Assembly (NCBI GenBank): GCA_003477045.1 | Contig: DMTS01000056.1 | Span: forward strand, 41,378-105,377 | Origin: Candidatus Delongbacteria bacterium | GTDB lineage: Bacteria > UBA4055 | Direction of reading: 5' to 3' | DNA length: 64,000 nucleotides | Part shown: positions 19,633 to 27,854 of the stretch, piece after piece | How positions within the stretch are numbered: position 1 is the stretch's first letter | Layout: the number at the start of each line of letters is the position of its first letter | Translations under genes and position numbers: made by a program | Notes under the pieces: generated by a model | The model's database searches: none | What the model was told of the DNA's origin: nothing | The model's input: the letters and a program-made list of their open reading frames with translations, nothing else

Positions 19633-21010
19633 CTGAGTCTCCCGCTATATGATTTTTAACTTTTTCTTTAAAATATGCACCCCTTTCTTCAAAGTTTTTG
19701 AACATATTGTAGCTTGAAGAAGCAGGGGAGAGAAGACAGACAGATCCTATGCGTGTGTATTTGAACACCAGCCTGACCACCTCGTCCAGACTTCCGCAGA
19801 AGAAACACCTGATCTGTTTGTTCTCCCACTGGATCACAGAGCTTCCGTTTCCCATAAATTCTTTAAATCCTGATCTAACAAAATCATCATACATCATTCT
19901 CCCTGTATCCGGCAGAAAGAAGATATTATCTACCGCGGTTTTTTTTAGCTCATCAGTTAGCACTGTCCAGGTTATCTCTTCCCCTCTAAAATGTCCTCCG
20001 AGTATTAAAGAACCGACAGAGTTGTCAAAAGCTTTAATCGCAGCTACTGTTGCCTGAGGGATCGTAGATATTGAATCATTGTAAAAATCAATACCTCTGT
20101 AAGTTCCGAAGAATTCAAGTCTGTGTTCAAGTCCTTTAAACTGGTAAACAGACCTGACAGCATCCTTTACATCACATCCTGCAAGCTGTGAAGCGATGAG
20201 AGCCGCACCAATATTGTACAAATTATGGATTCCCTTTAGTTCAATGCATTTAAGCGAGAGCTGGATGCTGTTGTCACAGTAATATACGATCGAAACATCA
20301 CCATCGATTATTATCTCATAGGGAAAACTTGCAGATTTTTTTTCGAGGCCTTCGAATTCTTTTATTGGAAAAATTATACGGTCGTTTTCATCCTGCATTT
20401 TAATAATATTCATCTTGGCAGAACGGTATTCTATAAAATTCTTGTAGAAATCCAAATGCTCAGGATAAACATTCAGTATGGCAGAAATATGCGGGGCTTT
20501 TTTTATGAACTGAAGCTGATGCGAAGAAAGTTCGAGTACTATTATGTTAGCATCTCCTATTTCAGGTATGATGTCGAAGACAGGCACGCCGATATTGCCT
20601 GCAAGGATCGAGTTTTTACCGCAGTCTGTGAGTATTGAATGCAGAAGAGATACCGTTGTGCTTTTGCCTTTTGTACCTGTGATTCCAATCGTTTGCGAAT
20701 TATATTCCCTTAAAAAAATGTCTGTCTGGGATGAAATAACTGCTTTGTATCTCTGAACGAAATCGTCCGAAAGTGGAATTCCGGGGCTTTTGATTATCAG
20801 ATCGAATTTATCATGTATGTGGTCGATTTCCCCTGTAATAAATCGGATCTCTTTTCCGAGTCTGAGCACATTCTTGTCATAAAGAGTGATTCTGCAGTCA
20901 TGAAAATATTTTGTAAGGAAGTCTAGAGTTGATCTGCCTTCGGTTCCGAAACCCATTATGAGTATGTTTTTTCCGCTGAAATATTTTCCGAATTTTTCTT
21001 TAATAGTCAT
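19625..21010 (-). CDS. murD: UDP-N-acetylmuramoylalanine--D-glutamate ligase
   Basis: The MurD-type N-terminal Rossmann fold is ILIMGFGTEGRSTLDFL. The Mur ligase P-loop is GITGTKGKSTT. NDSISTIPQAT corresponds to NDSKATN, and the C-terminal LLSPASSSYNMFKNFEERG corresponds to E. coli MurD LLSPACASLDQFKNFEQRG. Confidence 0.85.
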   Translation of the reverse strand: MTIKEKFGKYFSGKNILIMGFGTEGRSTLDFLTKYFHDCRITLYDKNVLRLGKEIRFITGEIDHIHDKFDLIIKSPGIPLSDDFVQRYKAVISSQTDIFLREYNSQTIGITGTKGKSTTVSLLHSILTDCGKNSILAGNIGVPVFDIIPEIGDANIIVLELSSHQLQFIKKAPHISAILNVYPEHLDFYKNFIEYRSAKMNIIKMQDENDRIIFPIKEFEGLEKKSASFPYEIIIDGDVSIVYYCDNSIQLSLKCIELKGIHNLYNIGAALIASQLAGCDVKDAVRSVYQFKGLEHRLEFFGTYRGIDFYNDSISTIPQATVAAIKAFDNSVGSLILGGHFRGEEITWTVLTDELKKTAVDNIFFLPDTGRMMYDDFVRSGFKEFMGNGSSVIQWENKQIRCFFCGSLDEVVRLVFKYTRIGSVCLLSPASSSYNMFKNFEERGAYFKEKVKNHIAGDSDD

Positions 21011-22356
21011 AAGCTCTTTATCAGTATATTTTTAAATTTTTCGGTCAGAAGATTTTCATTGTTGTATTCGTTTAAAATAACATCGAACTGATCGAGATAT
21101 AAATCCATTTTTTGTAAGTTTCTCTCTTGAAATATCTTTAACAAGTATGATAGGTCAGTGTTTTTATAATTCGAGATAGTTTTTGCCAGTGCGGAATTAA
21201 CTTCCTCTTTAGTACCGACGCATTCGAACGGCTTTACTCCGCTCAAGCCTGTAAGTTCGAAGAAAGTTTTTTCAAGATCTCTGTTGTTGAAAAGATCTTC
21301 TCCGAATATATCCAACATATCGTCGTGTGAAAGGAAAGGTGATAGTATTATATATGTGAAAAGGCACTTGGGGCAGTTGTTGCACCATATATTTGTTTTG
21401 CTTCCCGCATTGCAGCTTCTGAATGTTTTGAAATGGTTTTTATATTTTGAAAACATCTGTGCGATCTTTAATTCGTTAACAGGCCTCAGAATGCTGAAAT
21501 AATTAATATCTTTATGAATATATGCGGCAATATAGTCATGTACTGCTTTTTCGGCTTTAAAAGATTTTGAGTACTGATGATTAATTTCAATTCCGGAAAA
21601 AAAAGCGTTTCCGACGCTTGCGCTGTTTTCATTGGATAGTATAATATTTTTTTTCCCTGTAACTAACGCTGAGAGAGCTGAAATAAAAGCCAGAAGCGCT
21701 GAAAAAGGTGTATGTCCGTTTAAATAGCCTTTGCTGTTCAATTCGAGCAGCAGTCTGTCAATAGATCTTTCTACATGAAAAAATGAGCTGTAACCGGAAT
21801 TTAATACAGAATCTGTCTGCGATTTTTTCGGATTCAGTACTAGCGGAAGGCAATTCATACCTGAGAATATTTCAAGGCTGACAATAGAATCTTTTCCTCC
21901 ACCGACAGGAATTAGACACTCATCATTAAGGTAGATTTCTGATGGAGGAAAATTATTTTTATTTTCGCAATGTATTTCAAAAAGATCATTTTCTGTTGTT
22001 TCTATCCTGTTTTTGTACAAAAATTCACCAAGTCCGTTAAAGTATATCTTTTTCCAGAAATTGATCTGGTTTTCATTAAGCGAACCGCATTTAACTATTA
22101 TATAAGGGGAGCAGCAGGCCTTGTAGTAACTTATAAGTTCTATCATCCCAAGATTAAAAACTGCAGAATCTATCGAATTAAGATCAGCTTGAGAGATAAG
22201 GCAGTCCCTGTAAATTATTTCAGGCTCGAAAATAATATCGGCAGACTGTATGAAGCGGAATTTAAGTTTAAGGCACCGGTCAGAGTAGGTTTTTGTAAAA
22301 CTGTCATATATAAAAACGGGATTATCTTTTCTCAGTTCAGTGAATTTATCAGCCAT
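21007..22356 (-). CDS. QueC-like PP-loop (adenine nucleotide alpha-hydrolase superfamily) ATPase paralog with an N-terminal extension of about 140 aa
   Basis: The PP-loop CLIPVGGGKDSIVSLE is SGGxDS-type. The C-terminal Cys cluster SCNAGSKTNIWCNNCPKC (C-x9-C-x2-C-x2-C) mirrors the zinc site of the genuine QueC in this window (C-x8-C-x2-C-x2-C). It overlaps the upstream stop by 8 bp and the downstream start by 4 bp. Confidence 0.55.
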   Translation of the reverse strand: MADKFTELRKDNPVFIYDSFTKTYSDRCLKLKFRFIQSADIIFEPEIIYRDCLISQADLNSIDSAVFNLGMIELISYYKACCSPYIIVKCGSLNENQINFWKKIYFNGLGEFLYKNRIETTENDLFEIHCENKNNFPPSEIYLNDECLIPVGGGKDSIVSLEIFSGMNCLPLVLNPKKSQTDSVLNSGYSSFFHVERSIDRLLLELNSKGYLNGHTPFSALLAFISALSALVTGKKNIILSNENSASVGNAFFSGIEINHQYSKSFKAEKAVHDYIAAYIHKDINYFSILRPVNELKIAQMFSKYKNHFKTFRSCNAGSKTNIWCNNCPKCLFTYIILSPFLSHDDMLDIFGEDLFNNRDLEKTFFELTGLSGVKPFECVGTKEEVNSALAKTISNYKNTDLSYLLKIFQERNLQKMDLYLDQFDVILNEYNNENLLTEKFKNILIKSL

Positions 22357-22891
22357 CGGATTTTCTCTTTTCGAGTTCTTTGTGATCAGAGCCTATAATA
22401 ATGGTCAGGTCGATGTCAACAAGATCTTTGTTCAGTTGCATAACAACATTTTCGCTGCCCACTCCAAGCGAACGGGCCAGCTGTTTTGCGTAACGCATAT
22501 CTTCAATTCTGCTCAGAATAACAGTTTTCACATATTTTTTATCAGTATTTCCGGTTTCTCTGACATCGAAATTCATTTTTCTCAGTCTGTCTTTCCAGAC
22601 CGTAGCGATTCCGGAAGAGCCGCATCCGTTCAGAACACTTATGCGGACATTTGCCATATTGACAATTGAGGCGTTATCTGAAGTTTCTTCTCCATTTAAT
22701 GTTTTTTTCTTAAGCTCATCCTCATAATATTTGTTGGGATCATCTTTAAAAATATTTTTAAAAAAATACATGTTTTTATAAAACAGGAAAACAGTCTGAA
22801 CAGACAGCAGGGTGATTATTATCCATAGGTGCAGGTTTGTTTGCGGTTTCTGTTCCGGTGTATGTGCTTTTTTCTTAGAAATACGCATCAT
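22349..22891 (-). CDS. LytR_C (LytR cell-envelope-related C-terminal) domain membrane protein
   Basis: One TM helix (LWIIITLLSVQTVFLF) is followed by VRISVLNGCGSSGIATVWKDRLRKMNFDV and LNKDLVDIDLTIIIGSD, the typical LytR_C signature. Confidence 0.6.
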   Translation of the reverse strand: MMRISKKKAHTPEQKPQTNLHLWIIITLLSVQTVFLFYKNMYFFKNIFKDDPNKYYEDELKKKTLNGEETSDNASIVNMANVRISVLNGCGSSGIATVWKDRLRKMNFDVRETGNTDKKYVKTVILSRIEDMRYAKQLARSLGVGSENVVMQLNKDLVDIDLTIIIGSDHKELEKRKSDG

Positions 22892-22899
22892 AAAGAATC

Positions 22900-23358
22900 T
22901 TACTCTTCGTCGTTAAAATAATTATAAGGCTTAAAAGGGTCGCCGTTCATATAATCTGATGGTTTAATATTTCTGAAATCAACTCTCATTCTGAATGAGT
23001 CATTAGGTCTATAATCAAGAGTCGCCGATTTTATATAAATATCGGCAGTATTATCTTCAACGGGTCCAATTGATGAATAAGGAGTGTATGACATACCCAG
23101 GTTGAGCTTGAGAGAAAGGGGGTCGGATATTTTATAATTTATTCCTGCCACATATTCGTTTATCATAGTAGAACCTGAACTGCTGTTCGTATAGCTCATC
23201 GACAAAGAATGCGATACTGAAATTTTTGACATATCAAAAACAGATCCCTGAGAGGTTGACAACAGCTTTAGTCTGGGATCAGGCTGGAGATCAGTTCCCC
23301 TGAACTGTGAGAATAGAAGCACTGCTGCGGTAAGTACAAAAAAGAACTGCTTTTTCAT
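22900..23358 (-). CDS. small secreted beta-rich protein (hypothetical OM or periplasmic)
   Basis: The internal Met gives the signal peptide MKKQFFFVLTAAVLLFSQF. The track start at 23388 would overlap the upstream gene by 14 bp. The protein is Ser/Tyr-rich and ends with aromatic-rich PYNYFNDEE. Confidence 0.4.
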   Translation of the reverse strand: MKKQFFFVLTAAVLLFSQFRGTDLQPDPRLKLLSTSQGSVFDMSKISVSHSLSMSYTNSSSGSTMINEYVAGINYKISDPLSLKLNLGMSYTPYSSIGPVEDNTADIYIKSATLDYRPNDSFRMRVDFRNIKPSDYMNGDPFKPYNYFNDEE

Positions 23359-23374
23359 GAAATTCTCCGGTTGT

Positions 23375-24112
23375 TTAATTTCGCGCATTCATTATACTTT
23401 CCGCCTGTGCCAGTTGTTCTAAAGTATTTATACCCTGTATCTCAGTGTTGTCTTTTACAAGGTATGTTCCTACCTTTTTTTTCTGTCCCGAGAGAATACC
23501 TATCACATCTGTAAGATAATATTCTTTGCTCGCATTATCTGAAGAAATATGTTTTAATGAATTGAAGAGCTCGTTTTTGTCGATTATATATACTCCCGAG
23601 TTGATCTCTTTTATTCTTTTTTCCTCTTCACCTGCATCTTTCTGCTCGACGATCCTTAATAGATTTCCTGACCTGTCCTTTATGATCCTGCCGTATCCGA
23701 ACGGATCTTCAAACTCCGTTGTCAGCACAGTTGCGACAGAATCTGAAGTCACATGATAGTTCCTCAAGCTGATTAGTGTTTCAGGTTTGAGAAGCGGAAC
23801 ATCTCCGCATAGTATGAGTACATCACCTGTTTTGCCTTCAAGAACTTTTTCTGCCTGCATTACCGCATGTCCGGTTCCCAGCTGTTCATTCTGCACAACA
23901 TAATTTACATCCATGTCTTTTGTTGCTTCTTTTACCATTTCTCCTTTATGCCCGATTATTAGCCATATTTCATTCGAACCTGTTTCTTTTGCCTGGGCGA
24001 TTACATACTTTACCAATTCCTTTCCGTTCATCTTATTAATTACCTTCGGAAGATCGGACTTCATTCTCTTTCCTAACCCGGCAGCGAGTATAAGCGTTAT
24101 CAGATTTTTCAT
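23375..24112 (-). CDS. stand-alone GlmU N-terminal-type sugar-1-phosphate nucleotidyltransferase (UDP-GlcNAc pyrophosphorylase domain only, 245 aa)
   Basis: LILAAGLGKRMKSDLPKVINKMNGKELVKYVI...VVQNEQLGTGHAVMQA aligns closely with E. coli GlmU residues 1-230 ([21 protein letters not shown]...WVLQAEQLGTGHAMQQA). The protein ends before any hexapeptide-repeat domain. Confidence 0.8.
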   Translation of the reverse strand: MKNLITLILAAGLGKRMKSDLPKVINKMNGKELVKYVIAQAKETGSNEIWLIIGHKGEMVKEATKDMDVNYVVQNEQLGTGHAVMQAEKVLEGKTGDVLILCGDVPLLKPETLISLRNYHVTSDSVATVLTTEFEDPFGYGRIIKDRSGNLLRIVEQKDAGEEEKRIKEINSGVYIIDKNELFNSLKHISSDNASKEYYLTDVIGILSGQKKKVGTYLVKDNTEIQGINTLEQLAQAESIMNARN

Positions 24113-24128
24113 TATAAAATATGCTCCA

Positions 24129-24974
24129 TTAATTTAAAGTGATATTGTCGATCAATCTTGTGTTACCGAACTTTACAGCTAGTAGCATTATCAATTTACC
24201 GTTCTTTATGCTCTTTGGTTGTGAAAGGTCGCCTGAATTCCGGATTTCAATGTATTCTATCTCAGCCGCTTTCTCTTTCATAATTATTTCAGTCGCTTTT
24301 TGGACGGCTTCTTCTTTTGTTTTAAAATCAGAGAAATTCTGTTTTATGTAAGATAGAGCTTTGTATAGAACAGTCGCAGAAGCTCTTTCGTTTTTGCTCA
24401 GATATGCATTCCTGCTGCTCCTGGCAAGTCCGTCGGTTTCTCTAACGGTATCAACGCCGATTATTTCAACCGGAATATTCAGATCGGCGACAATTTTTTT
24501 TAGTATGATCAGCTGCTGCATATCCTTTTTACCGAAATAAGCCTGATCGCAACCTACAATATTAAAAAGTTTTGTTACAACTGTAGCGACTCCCCTGAAA
24601 TGCCCGGGTCTTGATTTCCCGCATAAAATATCACCTGTCTTTCCGACATCAATGTAAGTCGAGTAGCCTTCAGGATACATAATATTATCATCGGGAACAA
24701 AAACCGCATCTACTCCTATCGAATCCAGTTTTTCAAAATCGCCTTTCAGGTCTCTCGGATACTTCCCGAGGTCTTCTTTAGGTCCGAACTGAATAGGGTT
24801 AACAAATATGGAATAAATTAGGCAGTCACATTCTTTTCTTGCCTTCTTTCCAAGTTCTAGATGACCTTCGTGAAGCGCGCCCATTGTCGGCACGAACCCT
24901 ATCCTTCTGTTCACAAGGTTATACAGGCTTGTGAAATCTCTTACATCAGATATGTTTTTTAATATTTTAGGCAT
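24129..24974 (-). CDS. panC: pantoate--beta-alanine ligase
   Basis: The motifs are GFVPTMGALHEGHLEL (HIGH-like), GKSRPGHFRGVATVVTKLF and FGKKDMQQ. Confidence 0.95.
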   Translation of the reverse strand: MPKILKNISDVRDFTSLYNLVNRRIGFVPTMGALHEGHLELGKKARKECDCLIYSIFVNPIQFGPKEDLGKYPRDLKGDFEKLDSIGVDAVFVPDDNIMYPEGYSTYIDVGKTGDILCGKSRPGHFRGVATVVTKLFNIVGCDQAYFGKKDMQQLIILKKIVADLNIPVEIIGVDTVRETDGLARSSRNAYLSKNERASATVLYKALSYIKQNFSDFKTKEEAVQKATEIIMKEKAAEIEYIEIRNSGDLSQPKSIKNGKLIMLLAVKFGNTRLIDNITLN

Positions 24975-24983
24975 AATTTCCTT

Positions 24984-25784
24984 CTAGTATGATTCTTCGT
25001 TGGACGGAAAGTTTCCGCTGCATACATCTTTAACATAATTTTCGACAGCGGTTTTTATCACGGTGTTCAGATCCGCATACTTTCTCACGAATCTGAAATT
25101 TAATTCAGAGTCGTATCCGAGCATATCTGATATAACAAGAACCTGACCGTCACAGTGAACTCCGGCTCCGATGCCGATAGTCGGAATATTCAGTGACAAA
25201 GTAACTTCTTTTGCAAGTTCGGCGGGTATTTTTTCAAGAAATACGCCGCATGCCCCAGCTTTTTCAAGCAGAAGAGCATCTTTTTTCAAAATTAAAGCCT
25301 CGTCATCGTGCTTTGCCCTAAGTTTATAGCTGCCGAACTTGTTGATTGACTGGGGTGTAAGTCCTAGATGTCCGTAAACCGGAATGCCTGATGATACAAG
25401 TTGTTCGATTACCGGAACAACTATTTCACCACCTTCGATCTTAACTGCATTGCATCCGGTCTCTTTTATTATCCTAACAGCATTTTCTACAGCTTTTTCA
25501 ACTGATATTTGAAAACTTCCGAACGGCATATCAGCCACAATAACCGGATTCTGTGAAGATTCCACAACTATTTTCGTATGATATATCATATGGTCAACAG
25601 AGACTGGTATTGTACTTGTTTTTCCCTGGAATACCATTCCCAGCGAATCTCCGACAAGTATCATATCAACTGCTGTAGAATCAATTATCCTCGTTTCATA
25701 AAAACTGTAGGCTGTCAAAGCAGCTATTTTTCTGCTTTTCGTTTTGTATTTCTGTAAATCAACAACTGATAATCTTTTACCCAT
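24984..25784 (-). CDS. panB: 3-methyl-2-oxobutanoate hydroxymethyltransferase
   Basis: Start is taken at MGKRLSV, preceded by the SD GAGGAG. The ORF extends to 25835 if the upstream ATG is used. The motifs are KIAALTAYSFYET, MILVGDSLGMV and GIPVYGHLGLTPQS. Confidence 0.95.
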   Translation of the reverse strand: MGKRLSVVDLQKYKTKSRKIAALTAYSFYETRIIDSTAVDMILVGDSLGMVFQGKTSTIPVSVDHMIYHTKIVVESSQNPVIVADMPFGSFQISVEKAVENAVRIIKETGCNAVKIEGGEIVVPVIEQLVSSGIPVYGHLGLTPQSINKFGSYKLRAKHDDEALILKKDALLLEKAGACGVFLEKIPAELAKEVTLSLNIPTIGIGAGVHCDGQVLVISDMLGYDSELNFRFVRKYADLNTVIKTAVENYVKDVCSGNFPSNEESY

Positions 25785-26001
25785 TCCGGTCTCCTCATCT
25801 TTCAGATTAGTTTTCCGATCGTGCTGCAAGTTCATGAAAAATAAGTATAAAATTCAATCATTGCAAGGCAAGAATTAATTAAATTGAAATTTTAAAAACC
25901 GATATTGACAAAATTAAAATCATTAATTACATTTGACCGTTCTGTTGAACATGCGTGTCCGACAGATTACTAAAGTTGAACGTTAAAGAAAAAGGAGAGA
26001 G

Positions 26002-26763
26002 ATGTACAAGTTGATCATTATTACGGTCCTGATGGTTTCGATCCCATTATTCACCCAGGATTGTGGTAAATATAAGAAACAGATTGATTCTTTGATGGTG
26101 GAATTCAATACGATCAAAGATAAGATGTGCGATCCGACGATTGACAGAGACAGATATGACGACTTAAATTCCATCTATTCTGCAACATGGACTGAAATAG
26201 TAGATGCGCAGAAACAGCAAAAGAAATGTTTGGAAGGTCAGAAGAAAACCGCAAAAGTAGTTGTTGAGCCTAAGAAAGTAAATTCTCCTCTTCCTTCGGT
26301 GCTCGGGGTAAAATGGAGCTCAACCAGGATCCAGATTAAAGAGCTCCTCAGAAAAAACTCTGATATAAAACTGATGGAAACCGATGACGGCATTCTTGAA
26401 TATCATAACGGGAGTTACTTGGGTTACAAGGTTGAGAAGTGGCAATTTAGTTTTGTAGATAAAAAACTCTACGCCTGCCAGATCGTACTGAAGAATGAAG
26501 CTGATCTTACAGTTTTTAAAATGTATGAAAAAGTTAGTAAGGATATGATCGCTAAATACGGTCAGCCCAGTTATGAAAAGAACAAATTCCCCTCTTCATA
26601 CAAAAGCGATTCAATAAAACTAACAGCTATAAAAAACGGTTCGGTTGCAATCTACAACAAATGGCTCTTTAAAAACGACGATGTTGTCAGAATAGGGATA
26701 AACGAAAACGGTTCTGTGCTCGTTACCTATCTGATCGATAAGTTATACAAAAAAGTGAAATAA
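26002..26763 (+). CDS. hypothetical secreted protein
   Basis: The SD AGGAGA precedes the start and the signal peptide is MYKLIIITVLMVSIPLFTQ. I recognised no motif. Confidence 0.4.
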   Translation: MYKLIIITVLMVSIPLFTQDCGKYKKQIDSLMVEFNTIKDKMCDPTIDRDRYDDLNSIYSATWTEIVDAQKQQKKCLEGQKKTAKVVVEPKKVNSPLPSVLGVKWSSTRIQIKELLRKNSDIKLMETDDGILEYHNGSYLGYKVEKWQFSFVDKKLYACQIVLKNEADLTVFKMYEKVSKDMIAKYGQPSYEKNKFPSSYKSDSIKLTAIKNGSVAIYNKWLFKNDDVVRIGINENGSVLVTYLIDKLYKKVK

Positions 26764-26834
26764 GCGGTAAACTCAATTAGTTTTATTCTATATTTTCACT
26801 TGCATTTATCATTTTAAAATTATACTTTTAGGCC

Positions 26835-27854
26835 ATGAAAATCGGGCATGTATTAAAATATGCGATACTTGTAGCTTTTCTTGTATCCTGCAGCAAAAAA
26901 GAGAAACAGAAGGTCTCTGTTTCATTCATAGAATTCTCTACCGATATAAAAATAACTGTATTTGATGTTCCCGAGTCTGAGACCGGGAATGTTACAAAAA
27001 TTCTTAATGACGCTGAAGATATTTTCAGATATTTTAACAGTGAAATGAATGTTTACGAGCCTAATTCGACGATCAGCAGGTTCAACAATAATGCCATGGC
27101 AAAAAAACAGATACCTTCTTCCCTGAGAAAAATAATCGGAATATCTAGAAATATCCACAAATACACTGATAAATATTTCGACATTGCTATACAACCGGTT
27201 GTGGAACTCTGGGGTTTCAATACGGTTTCGTCACCATCAAAACCTGACAGCAGCGTACTTGCAGAAGTTTTAAAAACCTCAAATCTCGATCTTTACAGGT
27301 TTTTTGCAGATTCTGTGCTGGTAACTGATAACAGATGCAAGATCGGCCTGGGAGGGATAGCAAAAGGATACGCGGCAGATTCTACGGGAGAATATCTGAC
27401 TTCAAAAGGGATCAAAAATTTCATTGTTGCTGTTGGAGGGGACATTCTTGTCAAATCCAAAATTCCTAAAACCGTGGGCATAAGACATCCCAGAATCAAA
27501 GATGCTACAATCGATACATTATATGTTGCCGATGCGGCAATTTCTACATCGGGAGATTATGAAAAGTATATTATCGATGACGGTGTCAGATACTGCCACA
27601 TCATAAGTCCTGTTACAGGTTACGGAATATCTGATATTGTAAGCGTTTCTATAATATCAGAAAAATCATATTTGAGCGATGCTTTTGCAACTGCTGTTTT
27701 TGTAATGGGCAGGGAGAATGGTAGGTATTTTATCGAAAAAAACAAACTTAGCGGAATAATTTATTATCTGTCCGATGAAGGCAATATATTATCGGACAGA
27801 ATAAATATTGACAGATATTTAAAAAAGGATCACGCCACGGGGAAGGATAAATGA
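26835..27854 (+). CDS. apbE: FAD:protein FMN transferase (ApbE family) lipoprotein
   Basis: Lipobox AFLVSC. The ApbE motifs are GGIAKGYAADS, VAVGGDIL and TSGDYEKY. Confidence 0.85.
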   Translation: MKIGHVLKYAILVAFLVSCSKKEKQKVSVSFIEFSTDIKITVFDVPESETGNVTKILNDAEDIFRYFNSEMNVYEPNSTISRFNNNAMAKKQIPSSLRKIIGISRNIHKYTDKYFDIAIQPVVELWGFNTVSSPSKPDSSVLAEVLKTSNLDLYRFFADSVLVTDNRCKIGLGGIAKGYAADSTGEYLTSKGIKNFIVAVGGDILVKSKIPKTVGIRHPRIKDATIDTLYVADAAISTSGDYEKYIIDDGVRYCHIISPVTGYGISDIVSVSIISEKSYLSDAFATAVFVMGRENGRYFIEKNKLSGIIYYLSDEGNILSDRINIDRYLKKDHATGKDK

